DNA of 64,000 nt. Origin: Candidatus Latescibacterota bacterium (GTDB lineage: Bacteria; Latescibacterota; UBA2968). Shown piece after piece: positions 25,130 through 35,800 of the stretch. Below the pieces are notes generated by a model. That model saw nothing but the letters and a program-made list of their open reading frames with translations, was not told the origin of the DNA and ran no database searches. Every line of letters starts with the position of its first letter. Positions within the stretch are counted from its first letter, which is position 1. The translations under genes and the position numbers were made by a program. The stretch lies in contig OZ220741.1 of the NCBI GenBank assembly GCA_965116885.1, forward strand, positions 851,076-915,075, written 5' to 3'.

Positions 25130-26178
25130 ACAACTCATTCCTCAAAATCGACAACCTGTCCAAAAACTACGGCGAAACCCGGGCACTCTCGGAAATCTCA
25201 CTCTCTCTTCACGCCGAAGAACTCCTCGTCATCCTGGGCCCAACAGGTGCGGGCAAAACGACGCTACTGCGCATCATCTCGGGCCTCGAAGCAGCGGATA
25301 CCGGGCGTATAACCGTCGATGGCACAGACATAACCCATCAGCTACCCGCAGAACGCGATATCGCCCTCGTCTTTCAGAACTTCTCACTCTACCCCAACAA
25401 AACCGTGCGCCAAAATCTCGCATTTCCACTCCAGGCACCCGGACGCAACCTCTCCAAAGTAGAAATAGCAAACAGAATTTCCCACACCGCCGACCTGCTT
25501 CGCATCACCCCGCTTCTATCCCGACCCGCCACGCACCTGTCCGGCGGCGAAATGCAACGCGTCGCAATCGGACGCGCCATCGTGCGCCAACCCCGACTCT
25601 TTCTCCTGGACGAACCCCTCACCAACCTGGATGCAAAATTGCGCGAAGTATTGCGCGTCGAACTCATCCGCCTCCAGCGCGACCTGGGCACACCCATGAT
25701 TTACGTCACCCACGACCGGGTTGAAGCCCTCTCAATGGGCGACCGGATCGCCGTATTGTCCGAAGGTAAAATCCTGCAAATCGGTTCCCCCGAAGAAATC
25801 TACCAACAGCCCAATTCTCCGACCGTCGCCCGTCAACTCGGCTACCCCCCCATCAATACCATAGACGTCCACAAACAGCAAAACCAATGGTTCACCGCCA
25901 CGAACCAGGCCATCCTTGCCGCGGATCACAACGCCCCCTCAAACGCCACCCTCGGCATCCGCGCGGAAGATATATCTCCACAGGGAGGCGAAATTCCCGC
26001 GACCATCGAAGTCATCGAAGACCTCGGTGCATCGACCATCTTGCTCGCCGACTGGGCGGGGCAACCCATCCAGATCTCGGTCTCCGGTGAACAACAGTGG
26101 CATGTCGGAGATGAGATATACCCGTCTATTGATCCGGACCGCATTTTGGTGTGGGAAACCATCGATGAACAGGGATAA
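25126..26178 (+). CDS. Second ABC transporter ATP-binding protein (MalK/UgpC-like paralog)
   Basis: GPTGAGKTT, LSGGEMQRVAIGRA, LFLLDEPLTNLD, YVTHD. 4-nt overlap with the previous ATPase gene. Confidence 0.9.
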   Translation: MNNSFLKIDNLSKNYGETRALSEISLSLHAEELLVILGPTGAGKTTLLRIISGLEAADTGRITVDGTDITHQLPAERDIALVFQNFSLYPNKTVRQNLAFPLQAPGRNLSKVEIANRISHTADLLRITPLLSRPATHLSGGEMQRVAIGRAIVRQPRLFLLDEPLTNLDAKLREVLRVELIRLQRDLGTPMIYVTHDRVEALSMGDRIAVLSEGKILQIGSPEEIYQQPNSPTVARQLGYPPINTIDVHKQQNQWFTATNQAILAADHNAPSNATLGIRAEDISPQGGEIPATIEVIEDLGASTILLADWAGQPIQISVSGEQQWHVGDEIYPSIDPDRILVWETIDEQG

Positions 26179-26184
26179 AAACCC

Positions 26185-26210
26185 GTAGGACACAGGGACG
26201 CCACCCCTAC
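26185..26210. repeat. Degenerate REP-like element
   Basis: gtaggacacagggacgccacccctac retains the gtagg...cctac termini. Confidence 0.4.
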
Positions 26211-26221
26211 AAAACAAAAAA

Positions 26222-26257
26222 GCCGACGCACAAACGTCGGCTTTTTATTTTTTTCAG
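26222..26257. terminator. Bidirectional intrinsic terminator
   Basis: aaaaaaGCCGACGcacaaaCGTCGGCtttttattttttt between convergent genes. Confidence 0.8.
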
Positions 26258-26265
26258 TCCACTAC

Positions 26266-28431
26266 TCAAGACGAACTTTCCGGAGGGGCTTCGAGGCGAT
26301 AAACCGAGGTAATATTGGGAATCTTGCGGAGGTTTTGCAGGAGTTCTTCGAGATGGTCGGCATCTTTGATCTCTACCTGGAATTGGTCGTTAATCTCCTC
26401 GCGCCTCGTCTCGATACTGGCACCCACAATGGGAACACCGAGATTGGACATAACCCGTGTCATATCGGACAACAAATTGGTGCGATCCTGACCCATAACC
26501 TGAATGGTAGCAGTAAAAGTCTCTGTCTGATCGGTTTCCCAATCGAGCGCGACCACGCGACCGGGGTCAGAAGACAAATTGGGCAAATTGGAACACCCCC
26601 GGCGATGGACAGATATACCGCGTCCGCGCGTGACAATACCAATAACCGGATCGCCCGCAATGGGATTGCAGCACCGGGCATACTGGATCATCAAATCGTT
26701 CAACCCGTGAATGCGCAACGCATCCGTATTTTTTTTTCGGCTCTCCTCTTGAACATCCCCAAGAGGCTTGCGCGCCGTGGGAAAGAGCTGATTGATAAAC
26801 TTGCCAATTGAAATATCGCCATTGCCTATCGCGGCAAAAAGATGATCTGTATCTTCTTGTTCAAATGCGTCGGCTACGCTTTTCAGTTCCTCATTACTCG
26901 CGCGTTTGCGCCGCTGTCGCAACTCGCGCTCCACCATATCGCGCCCCAATCGAACGCTCTGATTAAAAGCCTCCTCGCGCAGAACCCTTCGAATACAACT
27001 TCGCGCTTTGGCACTCTTGACAAAATCGAGCCAATCGCGATGCGGATGCTGGTGCGGCGACGTGATAATCTCAACCGTCTGCCCTGTTTCAAGCGGCGTA
27101 GAAAGTGGCGCCATCCGGTCGTCAATGCGGGCACCCACGCAGCGATTGCCAATTTCGGTATGCACTGCAAAGGCAAAATCGACGGGTGTGGCCTCATCGG
27201 GAAGCTGAATCAGATCGCCCTGAGGCGTAAAAACATAAATCTCGTTTGAAAAGAGATCGACCTTGAGTTCTTCGATAATTTCTTGAGGATCTGATGTCTC
27301 CCCCTGCCATTCGAGCATATTGCGAAGCCCATCTATTTGTTGATCGAGTTCCGACCTTTCTGGAGAACCCTCTTTGTAAAGCCAGTGTGCTGCAATACCC
27401 ACTTCTGCTGTTTGGTGCATCTCATGGGTGCGTATCTGCACCTCGATCATCAACCCGCGCGGGCCTATCACCGTCGTGTGCAAAGACTGATACATATTGC
27501 TCTTGGGCGTCGCAATAAAATCCTTAAACCGGGGCATAACCGGTGTATAGAGCGAGTGAATCATACCCAGAACGTGATAACATTCCTGGACCGTATCGAC
27601 CAGTATGCGGATGGCTAACAAATCGTAGATATCTTCAAAAGCTTTGCTCCGCGTCTGCATCTTCCGGTTAATACTGAAGAAATTTTTGGGCCGTCCCGTG
27701 ATCTCCCCTCGAATATTTGCTTCCTTGAGCATTTTTTGCAGTGGCACGCGCATCTCTTCGATATAGGCCTCGCGTTCTCGTCTCTTAAGACGGATCTTTT
27801 TGCTAATCGCGCGATAGGCTTCCGGCTCGAGCCATTTGAGAGCCAGGTCTTCAAGCTCCCATCGAATACGCGCAATCCCCAAACGGTGTGCCAGAGGCGC
27901 GTAAATATCGAGACTCTCACGCGCCATGCGCTCGCGCGTTTCAGGAGGCAGGGGATCCAGCGTACGCATATTGTGCAGACGTTCGCAAAACTTAACAAGA
28001 ACGACGCGCAAGTCATTGATCAAAGACAGAAACATCTTGCGAAAATTCTCGGCTTGCTCGGCCTCTTGTGATTGGAAGGACAGATCTTTAATCCTGGTCA
28101 CACCGTCAACCAGATCGGCAATATGAGAACCAAAATGACGCGCGATTTGTGCGTGGGTTGCTGTGCCGTGCGCTATGGTATCGTGCAAAATACCGGCCAC
28201 CAGAGTTACAGTATCCTGCTTGAGATCTATCAGGATGCGCCCAACCTCAAGCGCGTGTACAATATACGGCTGGCCCGACTTGCGAAAATGATCCTGATGT
28301 GCCTTCCTCGCAAAATGAAAGGCACGGGTCAAGAGTTTTACATTGTAATCGGAACGGCTTTGAAGAGCATCTTGGAGAAATGCGTCAAAGATGGGATCAT
28401 CTACGAGGGATTTTGGGGAGAGATTGGTCAT
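26266..28431 (-). CDS. rel: Long RelA/SpoT-homolog (p)ppGpp synthetase with atypical hydrolase-domain motifs
   Basis: 721 aa. The HD domain region (SGQPYIVHALEV...ILHDTIAHG), synthetase motifs (GRPKNFFSINRKM, EVQIRTHEMH, PRFKDFIATPK), TGS and ACT-like C-terminus are all recognisable. Confidence 0.9.
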   Translation of the reverse strand: MTNLSPKSLVDDPIFDAFLQDALQSRSDYNVKLLTRAFHFARKAHQDHFRKSGQPYIVHALEVGRILIDLKQDTVTLVAGILHDTIAHGTATHAQIARHFGSHIADLVDGVTRIKDLSFQSQEAEQAENFRKMFLSLINDLRVVLVKFCERLHNMRTLDPLPPETRERMARESLDIYAPLAHRLGIARIRWELEDLALKWLEPEAYRAISKKIRLKRREREAYIEEMRVPLQKMLKEANIRGEITGRPKNFFSINRKMQTRSKAFEDIYDLLAIRILVDTVQECYHVLGMIHSLYTPVMPRFKDFIATPKSNMYQSLHTTVIGPRGLMIEVQIRTHEMHQTAEVGIAAHWLYKEGSPERSELDQQIDGLRNMLEWQGETSDPQEIIEELKVDLFSNEIYVFTPQGDLIQLPDEATPVDFAFAVHTEIGNRCVGARIDDRMAPLSTPLETGQTVEIITSPHQHPHRDWLDFVKSAKARSCIRRVLREEAFNQSVRLGRDMVERELRQRRKRASNEELKSVADAFEQEDTDHLFAAIGNGDISIGKFINQLFPTARKPLGDVQEESRKKNTDALRIHGLNDLMIQYARCCNPIAGDPVIGIVTRGRGISVHRRGCSNLPNLSSDPGRVVALDWETDQTETFTATIQVMGQDRTNLLSDMTRVMSNLGVPIVGASIETRREEINDQFQVEIKDADHLEELLQNLRKIPNITSVYRLEAPPESSS

Positions 28432-28435
28432 AGTA

Positions 28436-30979
28436 TCACGCCCAGGTAATTAACCCTGTATCACATATCGAATTGAGGTCCTGATGGTGCGGGCGAACGC
28501 GAACTGTATAGCCCCATCGGCCGCTTTTTTGCAAAGGCAGGTGCCCCACAAAAGTATGGGAATCCACAAGTACCATAGGCAGCGACTCACCCTGGACAAT
28601 CTGCCCCTCTGCGCCGACCTGCCCGTGAAAAATTTCGACAGCCACATCCTCTACACTCAAGTCGCCCAACGCGACATCCGCGCGAATTTCGACCTTGTCG
28701 CCCACATGTGATGTCTGCGCCTGGCTCGACGCTACAGAACGGACCGCGACATCCTTCCACCCCTGGCGAACTCTATCTTTCCATTCGGCCAGAGCACTGG
28801 CTCTCGCGCCATTGTTATCCGAGAGGTCTTTTGATCGCGCATGCGCCTTCAAATAGAACCGCTCGGTATATTCCTGCACCATGCGGTGGGTATTGAACTT
28901 TGGACACAACACGCGCATAGCATTCTTCATCCGGGCGATCCATCCTCTGGGCAATCCATCCACACCGCGATTATAAAAAAGCGGCACCGCTTCTTTCTCG
29001 AGAATATTGTAAATCGCCCGCGCTTCAATCTGGTTTTGATACGCCGGATCGTCGTATTCTTTACCGTGACCGATCTCCCAGCCCAATTCCGGTTGATACG
29101 CTTCGTCCCACCAGCCATCGAGCACGCTGAGATTTAACGCGCCATTGGCAACGGCTTTCATGCCACTGGTACCGCTGGCTTCCTGCGGTCTCATCGGCGT
29201 ATTCAGCCAGATATCGACCCCTTGCACGAGATAACGCGCCACACACATATCGTAATTCTCGATAAAAACCAGACGCCGATGGAGATACTCGCGCTGCGTA
29301 AGACTGAAAATTTCCTGAATAAATTCTTTTCCCGCATGGTCCTGCGGATGCGCCTTGCCCGCAAAAATAACCTGAACGGGACGTTCTTCATTGCACAAAA
29401 TACGCGTGAGCCTCTCGAGATCGTGAAACAAAAGCGTTGCGCGTTTATAAGTCGCAAAACGCCTGGCAAATCCAATTGTAAGCGCATCGGAAGTCAGAAC
29501 CTCGTCGGCGCGCGCCATATCGATTGACGACGCTATTTCTCGCTGCAACTGCTTTCTAAGACGCTGCCGCGCAAATGCAACGAGGCGTTCTCTTCTGCGC
29601 TCGTGGACGCGCCAGAGTTCCTCGGGCGGAATGTGGTCTATCGTCTCCCACACACTCTGATCGTGTGGTTCCTCCAGGCGTCGAGACCCCATGTAATTAT
29701 CCTCAAGGGCGCGCATTTGTTGCGAGATATGGGAAGCAATATGAACGCCGTTGGTAATGGATTCGACGGGTATTTCATTTTTTGGCAGCCCGGGCCACAG
29801 CGACTGCCACATATTGCGCGAGACCTCGCCGTGGAGTTTGCTAACGCCATTGCGATAGGACGACAGCCTGAACGCGAGCACTGTCATATTAAAACCCTCG
29901 CTGACATTATGGGGATTCTCGCGCCCCAAAGCGAGGAATGCAGACATGGAAAGACCGAGATCCTGCGCGTAGGATCTGAAGTATTTTTCTATCAGAGAAA
30001 CGGGAAAAACATCGTGCCCGGCCGGAACGGGGGTATGGGTCGTAAAAACGTGGCCTGACGACGTGTACTCTGCCGCCTGATCAAATGTGGCACCACTGTT
30101 GTGCATCGCCTGCAGTATGCGCTCCAGCCCCAGAAAAGCCGAATGCCCTTCATTCATGTGGCATACCGTGGGCTGTATGCCCAATGCGTTGAGCGCGCGC
30201 ACACCGCCAATACCCAGCAGAATTTCCTGCCGGATGCGCGTCTCACTATCGCCACCGTAGAGCTGTGCTGTAATCTCGCGGATAGATGGCGGATTTTCCA
30301 TCAAATTGGTATCGAGCAAGTACAGGGGAATGCGTCCAACCTGCACTTTCCATATCCGCACCCGCGCTTCTGCTTCGGGATATGAGAGCGTAATAGTGAT
30401 ATCCCGACCGCGCTCATCGCGAACAATCTGGACGGGTAGTGCGTAATAGTCATTTTCGATATATTCTTCTTGTTGCCAACCGTCATTAGTGAGATACTGA
30501 TTGAAATATCCGTGTTGATACAGCAGACCCACAGCAGAAAAGGGCAACCCCAGAGTACTCGCAGATTTGAGATGATCCCCAGCCAACACCCCCAGACCAC
30601 CCGAATAAATCGGCAGACTTTCGGTGAGACCAAACTCCGCAGAAAAATAGGCGATTTGAATATCGGACGCTGTTTTGCCGTGGGCGGAGTGAAAATAGGT
30701 CTCGCCATCCATAAACGCGCGGAAAGACTCTGACACGCGCTTAAAATGCGCCATGAATCCCGGATTTTCAGAGAGTTGATTCAGGCGTTCCTGGCTGATA
30801 TCATTGAGCATACGCACCGGATTGTGATAAACGGTTTCCCAGAGAATGGGATCAATGCGTCGAAACAGATCCATCGTATCCGGATCCCACGCCCAGCGCA
30901 GATTATACGCCAGTGCTTCCAGGCCCTGAAGGGATTTGGGCAATGAGGGTTTGACCACAAATGTAGAAATTGGTTTCAC
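28436..30979 (-). CDS. glgP: Alpha-glucan (glycogen/maltodextrin) phosphorylase, GT35
   Basis: N-terminal LAYNLRWAWD... and PLP-site region EASGTSGMKAVANGALNLSVLDGWW. 847 aa. Confidence 0.9.
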   Translation of the reverse strand: MKPISTFVVKPSLPKSLQGLEALAYNLRWAWDPDTMDLFRRIDPILWETVYHNPVRMLNDISQERLNQLSENPGFMAHFKRVSESFRAFMDGETYFHSAHGKTASDIQIAYFSAEFGLTESLPIYSGGLGVLAGDHLKSASTLGLPFSAVGLLYQHGYFNQYLTNDGWQQEEYIENDYYALPVQIVRDERGRDITITLSYPEAEARVRIWKVQVGRIPLYLLDTNLMENPPSIREITAQLYGGDSETRIRQEILLGIGGVRALNALGIQPTVCHMNEGHSAFLGLERILQAMHNSGATFDQAAEYTSSGHVFTTHTPVPAGHDVFPVSLIEKYFRSYAQDLGLSMSAFLALGRENPHNVSEGFNMTVLAFRLSSYRNGVSKLHGEVSRNMWQSLWPGLPKNEIPVESITNGVHIASHISQQMRALEDNYMGSRRLEEPHDQSVWETIDHIPPEELWRVHERRRERLVAFARQRLRKQLQREIASSIDMARADEVLTSDALTIGFARRFATYKRATLLFHDLERLTRILCNEERPVQVIFAGKAHPQDHAGKEFIQEIFSLTQREYLHRRLVFIENYDMCVARYLVQGVDIWLNTPMRPQEASGTSGMKAVANGALNLSVLDGWWDEAYQPELGWEIGHGKEYDDPAYQNQIEARAIYNILEKEAVPLFYNRGVDGLPRGWIARMKNAMRVLCPKFNTHRMVQEYTERFYLKAHARSKDLSDNNGARASALAEWKDRVRQGWKDVAVRSVASSQAQTSHVGDKVEIRADVALGDLSVEDVAVEIFHGQVGAEGQIVQGESLPMVLVDSHTFVGHLPLQKSGRWGYTVRVRPHHQDLNSICDTGLITWA

Positions 30980-30997
30980 AGAGTTTTCTCCTGAACG

Positions 30998-32020
30998 TCA
31001 CACATCTGCAACAGCGACGACTGCATCTGTTTCCCACGATTTTATCGCCGCTTCAATAACCATCTGTGCTTTGAGTGCTTCTTCACCCGAACCTTCGATA
31101 TCTTCGGGAGATGCGTCTTCAAGATTTTGCTCTATCCACCGCCCAATGCGGCTTTGAAATGTTTCGTTGAACCCCATCATACCGCCGATATAGTCATAGC
31201 GTTCGAGTTCCATTGAACGGCGGGGGTGAAAATGCAGGCGTTCACAGGCTTCTTCCAGCACAAAGCGAGCGTCTGATCCGGCAACTTCGAGACGTTCGAG
31301 ACCATAAGACCCTCCCGGTCCCGTGGCATCGTAACTTCCGGTGAGATTACCCACCGTACCGTCTGAAAAGCGCATGTTGAGTTGCATATTTGACCAGCAC
31401 ACGCGGCGATTGCCATCTCGATCCAGGCCGCGCTTAAAAAAGGCACTCACCTTTTCAATATCGCCGCAAAAGTAGCGCATAACATCGATAGAGTGCGGGT
31501 GCAAGGCGCGAATGTGGAACCACGGCGACGTTTCTCGGGGATTATTGATCCACATAGTCATATTGATAATATTGATCTCGCCCAGCCTACCCTGATCAAC
31601 CCAATCTTTGGCACGCGCAGCAGCAGGCGTAAAACGGTGATTGAGGTCAATACCATAGCGCAGATTTTTATCTTTTGCTCTGGCAACCATCTCTTTTGCC
31701 TCGTCAATATTATTCGAAATCGGTTTTTCTCCGAGTACATGAACACCCGCTTCGAGGAGTTCCATCGTAGGTTTATAGTGATCGCCACCATTTTCATGAC
31801 CGGCAGTCGCAACACTTGCCACCGCGATATCCAGCCCCCCGTCGAGCATATCTTGCACAGAGTAAAATGCCCTAACACCGTATTGCGACGCCGCGGCGTC
31901 TGCGCGTTTTCGGTCTATATCGCAAACAGCAGCGAGATTGCACTGATCGTGACCATTATAAATAGTGGCGTGTCGGTTGCCAATACCCCCCAAACCGACC
32001 ACGGCGACATTTAATCCCAT
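30998..32020 (-). CDS. Gfo/Idh/MocA family oxidoreductase
   Basis: N-terminal Rossmann motif VAVVGLGGIGNRH and EKPI motif (GEKPISNN). Confidence 0.8.
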   Translation of the reverse strand: MGLNVAVVGLGGIGNRHATIYNGHDQCNLAAVCDIDRKRADAAASQYGVRAFYSVQDMLDGGLDIAVASVATAGHENGGDHYKPTMELLEAGVHVLGEKPISNNIDEAKEMVARAKDKNLRYGIDLNHRFTPAAARAKDWVDQGRLGEINIINMTMWINNPRETSPWFHIRALHPHSIDVMRYFCGDIEKVSAFFKRGLDRDGNRRVCWSNMQLNMRFSDGTVGNLTGSYDATGPGGSYGLERLEVAGSDARFVLEEACERLHFHPRRSMELERYDYIGGMMGFNETFQSRIGRWIEQNLEDASPEDIEGSGEEALKAQMVIEAAIKSWETDAVVAVADV

Positions 32021-32033
32021 TGAAAACTCCTTT

Positions 32034-32723
32034 CTACCAGTTACTGAGTATCCGACCTACAAATGCCGGGACTTCGTCTGTAAAAAAGTACATGACGGCA
32101 AAGATCGCGAAGATAATATAGATCCCGATTATGGTGAACATGATCGTCTTTTTGCGCTTGCTCATTTTGGTGCTCGACGAAGCTCTGAGATCGCGCGATT
32201 GCCTGAGAAAAGGCTCTGCTTTATCTTCCTCCTCAGAGGACGCTTCCGATGGTGCTTCCTCCTCTTCTCCTTCTTCAGTAATCTCCTCCGACACGTCTTC
32301 CTCAGCCTCGGATTCCTCCGCGTCTGCAGGCGTGTCCGATTCTGTCTCTCCCTCTAATTTGGCTATATCGAACACATGCTCTATTTTTTCGATAAGCGTT
32401 TTGTCTTCAAATGGTTTTTCAACAATACCGTAAACACCCTGTTCCAGAAGCGCTTTGGCTTCTGCTTCCTCAACGGGAAAGGATACCACAATCACCGGCA
32501 TCTCAAAGCCTTCTTCGCGAATAAATTCGATCAACACATCGCCGTGAACAACCGGCATCTCGAGATTGAGCAACACCAGATCGGGTTGTCCGTGCGCGAT
32601 TGCGTCAACCCCTTCGACCCACGTAGTCGCGCGCTGTGCCTGATAATTATTGGATTCGAGAATCTTGACAATCCGTTCAACAACGGCTTCTTCACTGTCA
32701 ATAGTTAAAATTTTTGTCATCAT
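32034..32723 (-). CDS. Receiver (REC)-like domain protein lacking the phospho-acceptor Asp, with acidic linker and C-terminal TM helix
   Basis: KILTIDSEE...DLVLLNLEMP...VIVVSF...EKPF is a CheY-like layout with Asn at the Asp position. It is followed by an E/D/S-rich tract and the TM segment TIMFTIIGIYIIFAIFAVMYFF. Start taken at ATG 32723. Confidence 0.65.
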   Translation of the reverse strand: MMTKILTIDSEEAVVERIVKILESNNYQAQRATTWVEGVDAIAHGQPDLVLLNLEMPVVHGDVLIEFIREEGFEMPVIVVSFPVEEAEAKALLEQGVYGIVEKPFEDKTLIEKIEHVFDIAKLEGETESDTPADAEESEAEEDVSEEITEEGEEEEAPSEASSEEEDKAEPFLRQSRDLRASSSTKMSKRKKTIMFTIIGIYIIFAIFAVMYFFTDEVPAFVGRILSNW

Positions 32724-32828
32724 GTCCCCCTGTGGGTAGTAGGGAAAATATTGGCAATTGGAAGTATAAAACGAATAAAGTCCAATGACAAGGATTTTCC
32801 CTGTGCATGTCACCCGGTGAGTTCTCTC

Positions 32829-32857
32829 TTGATGGGTGAACGTGTGTGTAGTATATT
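32829..32857 (+). promoter_or_regulatory. Candidate sigma70-type promoter of the uvrA fusion gene
   Basis: TTGATG-17 nt-TATATT, about 40 nt upstream of ATG 32899 (GGGAG RBS). Confidence 0.3.
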
Positions 32858-32898
32858 GCAATGTCAATGGAAGTTAAAAATTAAAAATTGGGAGTCTT

Positions 32899-35800
32899 AT
32901 GGAAACAAAAAGCATCGTCGTAAAAGGTGCGCGGGTACACAACCTGCAAAATGTAGATCTGACATTGCCCCGACACGCGCTAATATGTTTTACCGGCGTT
33001 TCCGGTTCGGGCAAGTCGTCAATGGCTTTCGACACCATCTATGCCGAAGGTCAGCGGCGTTACGTGGAATCCCTATCCGCGTACGCGCGTCAATTTTTGG
33101 GACAGATGGAAAAACCCGAAGTCGATCACATTACGGGATTGTCGCCAACGATTTCCATCGAACAAAAGACCGCCGGGCGCAACCCCCGCTCAACCGTGGG
33201 CACAATGACCGAAATCTACGACTATTTGCGCGTATTATTTGCGCGAATTGGCACCCCCCATTGCATACATGACGACACGCCAATTGGGGCGCAAACGCGC
33301 GACGGCATCGTAGATCAAATCATGGCACTGGGTGAAGGCACGCGCATTCACATACTCTCTTCTCTCGTACAGGGGCGAAAAGGAGAGTATCACGACCTGT
33401 TTGAAAATTTGCAAAAAGAGGGCTATATCCGCGCGCGCGTGGATGGACAGATTGTAACATTGACCCAGACTCCGAAATTGGAGCGCTACAAAAGACACGA
33501 CATCGAAGTCGTAATTGATCGGATTATCGCAAAAAAAACCATGCGAGGGCGCATAGGCGAAGCCGTCGATGCCGGTCTCATAATGGGCAAAGGGGCGATC
33601 ATTGTCAGCGCAGAGGGCGAAGATGATCTCCTCCTGAGTACCCACTTTTCCTGTCCCACCTGTGGACGCAGCGCGCAGGAACCTGTGCCGCAATTATTCT
33701 CATTCAACAGCCCGCAGGGCATGTGCCCCGGCTGTCGCGGTTTGGGCACGCGCTTTGCAATGGATCTGGCAAAAGCCATCCCCAATCCCGAATTATCTGT
33801 AATAGAGGGCGCTATTGCGCCGTTGGGCGTACCAAAAAACCGGTGGAAAGCTCACTATTACGCGGGCGTTTTGAAGCGCCATGGCGCAGATTTGCAAACG
33901 CCGTGGAAGCGCATCTCACCAGAGGGCCAACAAGCATTATTATACGGCATAGACGGCAAAATGACCTTTGAATGGCGCCGCAGCAACGGCAGCATAAAAC
34001 GCCATCGCGATGGGTTTGAGGGCATCCTGCCCCCAATGGAGCGACAGTACGCCGAGGGACGGAGCCAGATAGTACGCAAACGCCTCGCACCCTTCATGCG
34101 CGTGGGTATTTGTCCCGTATGCGAAGGCACGCGCTTGAAACCCGAAGCTCTCTCCGTCAAAATCGAAGGACAGACCCTGCCCGATGTCACCGCGATGACA
34201 GTCGATCGCGCACACGCCTTTTTTCAAAGCCTCAAATTGACCGAGACCCAGGCGCGAATCGCCGAAGACGCCTTAAAAGAAATTCGCGGGCGATTGAAAT
34301 TTCTCCTCGATGTGGGCCTCGACTATCTCACACTCAATCGCACGGCACCGACACTATCGGGCGGAGAGGCGCAACGCATTCGCCTCGCCAGCCAGATCGG
34401 ATCCGGATTGGTAGGCGTAACATACGTGCTGGACGAACCGTCAATTGGTCTGCACCACCGCGACAATCGGCGATTGCTCGACGCCTTGTGCCACCTGCGG
34501 GACGTGGGCAATACCGTAATCGTCGTCGAACACGACGAAGACACCATGCGGCGCGCGGATCGCGTAATAGATTTTGGACCCGGTCCCGGGCATCTCGGTG
34601 GTCGGATAGTCGCCGAGGGATCGTGGAAACAGATAGCGAGAAGAACCCGCTCAGTAACGGGAGCTTATCTCTCGGGAAAAGAAAAAATAGCAGTACCCGA
34701 AAGGCGCTCCGTATCGCATCGCGGCTTATGGATTCGGGGTGCTCGCCACAATAATCTAAAAAATATCGACGTAAAAATTCCCATCGGCGTATTTACCTGT
34801 ATCACGGGCGTATCCGGATCGGGAAAATCATCGCTAATTGCCGATATCCTCTACCCCGCTCTCGCGCGAGAACTCAACCGCGCAGAAACGGAAACAGGCG
34901 CGCACCGCTGCATTGAAGGCATAGGTCTCCTGGACAAAGTCATCGAGATCAACCAGCAACCCATCGGGCGTACACCGCGCAGCAACGCAGCGACATATAC
35001 GGGTGTATTTGATCCCATTCGAAAATTATTTGCCGAGTTACCCGAGTCAAAAGTACGGGGATATAAACCCGGACGCTTCAGCTTTAACGTAAAGGGCGGG
35101 CGGTGCGAAGCGTGTAAGGGCAATGGCGCAAACCTCGTCGAAATGGACTTCCTCGCCGATGTGTGGGTAACGTGTCCCGTGTGTGAAGGGCGGCGTTTTA
35201 ATCGCGAGACCCTGGACATAAAATACAAGGGCAAATCCATCGCCGATGTGCTGGCGATGGAAGTCGAAGAAGCGCATCTGTTTTTTCAGGCAATCCCCGG
35301 CATTCACCGCATTCTCCAAACCCTGGTCGATGTGGGAATGGGCTACGTCAAATTGGGCCAGCCCGCACCAACGCTTTCCGGCGGTGAAGCACAACGGGTC
35401 AAGCTGTCAAAAGAACTGTGCCGCAGAAGCACGGGCAAAACCCTGTACATCCTGGACGAACCCACGACGGGCTTGCATTTTGCCGATATCCAGAATCTCT
35501 TGAATGTATTGCATCGGCTTGCGGATATGGGCAATTCTGTGGTGGTCATCGAGCACAACCTGGACGTAATCAAAACCGCGGATTGGGTAATCGATCTGGG
35601 ACCTGAAGGCGGCGAAGACGGGGGGCAAATTATAGCAGAAGGCACCCCCGAGCACCTGACGCAATCTCCCAATTCTCACACGGGACGCGCGCTTGGCGAA
35701 GTGTTGACCCACACGCCACTCATATCTGGAAAAAACGGTAAACGAATCGCCAATGGCCAGGTGCGCACGATTGACGTTGTGGGCGCGAGAGAGAACAACT

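Noticed and set aside
32838-32849. GAACGTGTGTGT upstream of the uvrA fusion, considered as a Cheo/LexA-type SOS box (GAAC-N4-GTTC).
   Set aside because: The right half matches only 2 of 4 positions (GTGT versus GTTC), and the LexA motif of this lineage is unknown. It is too weak to call.
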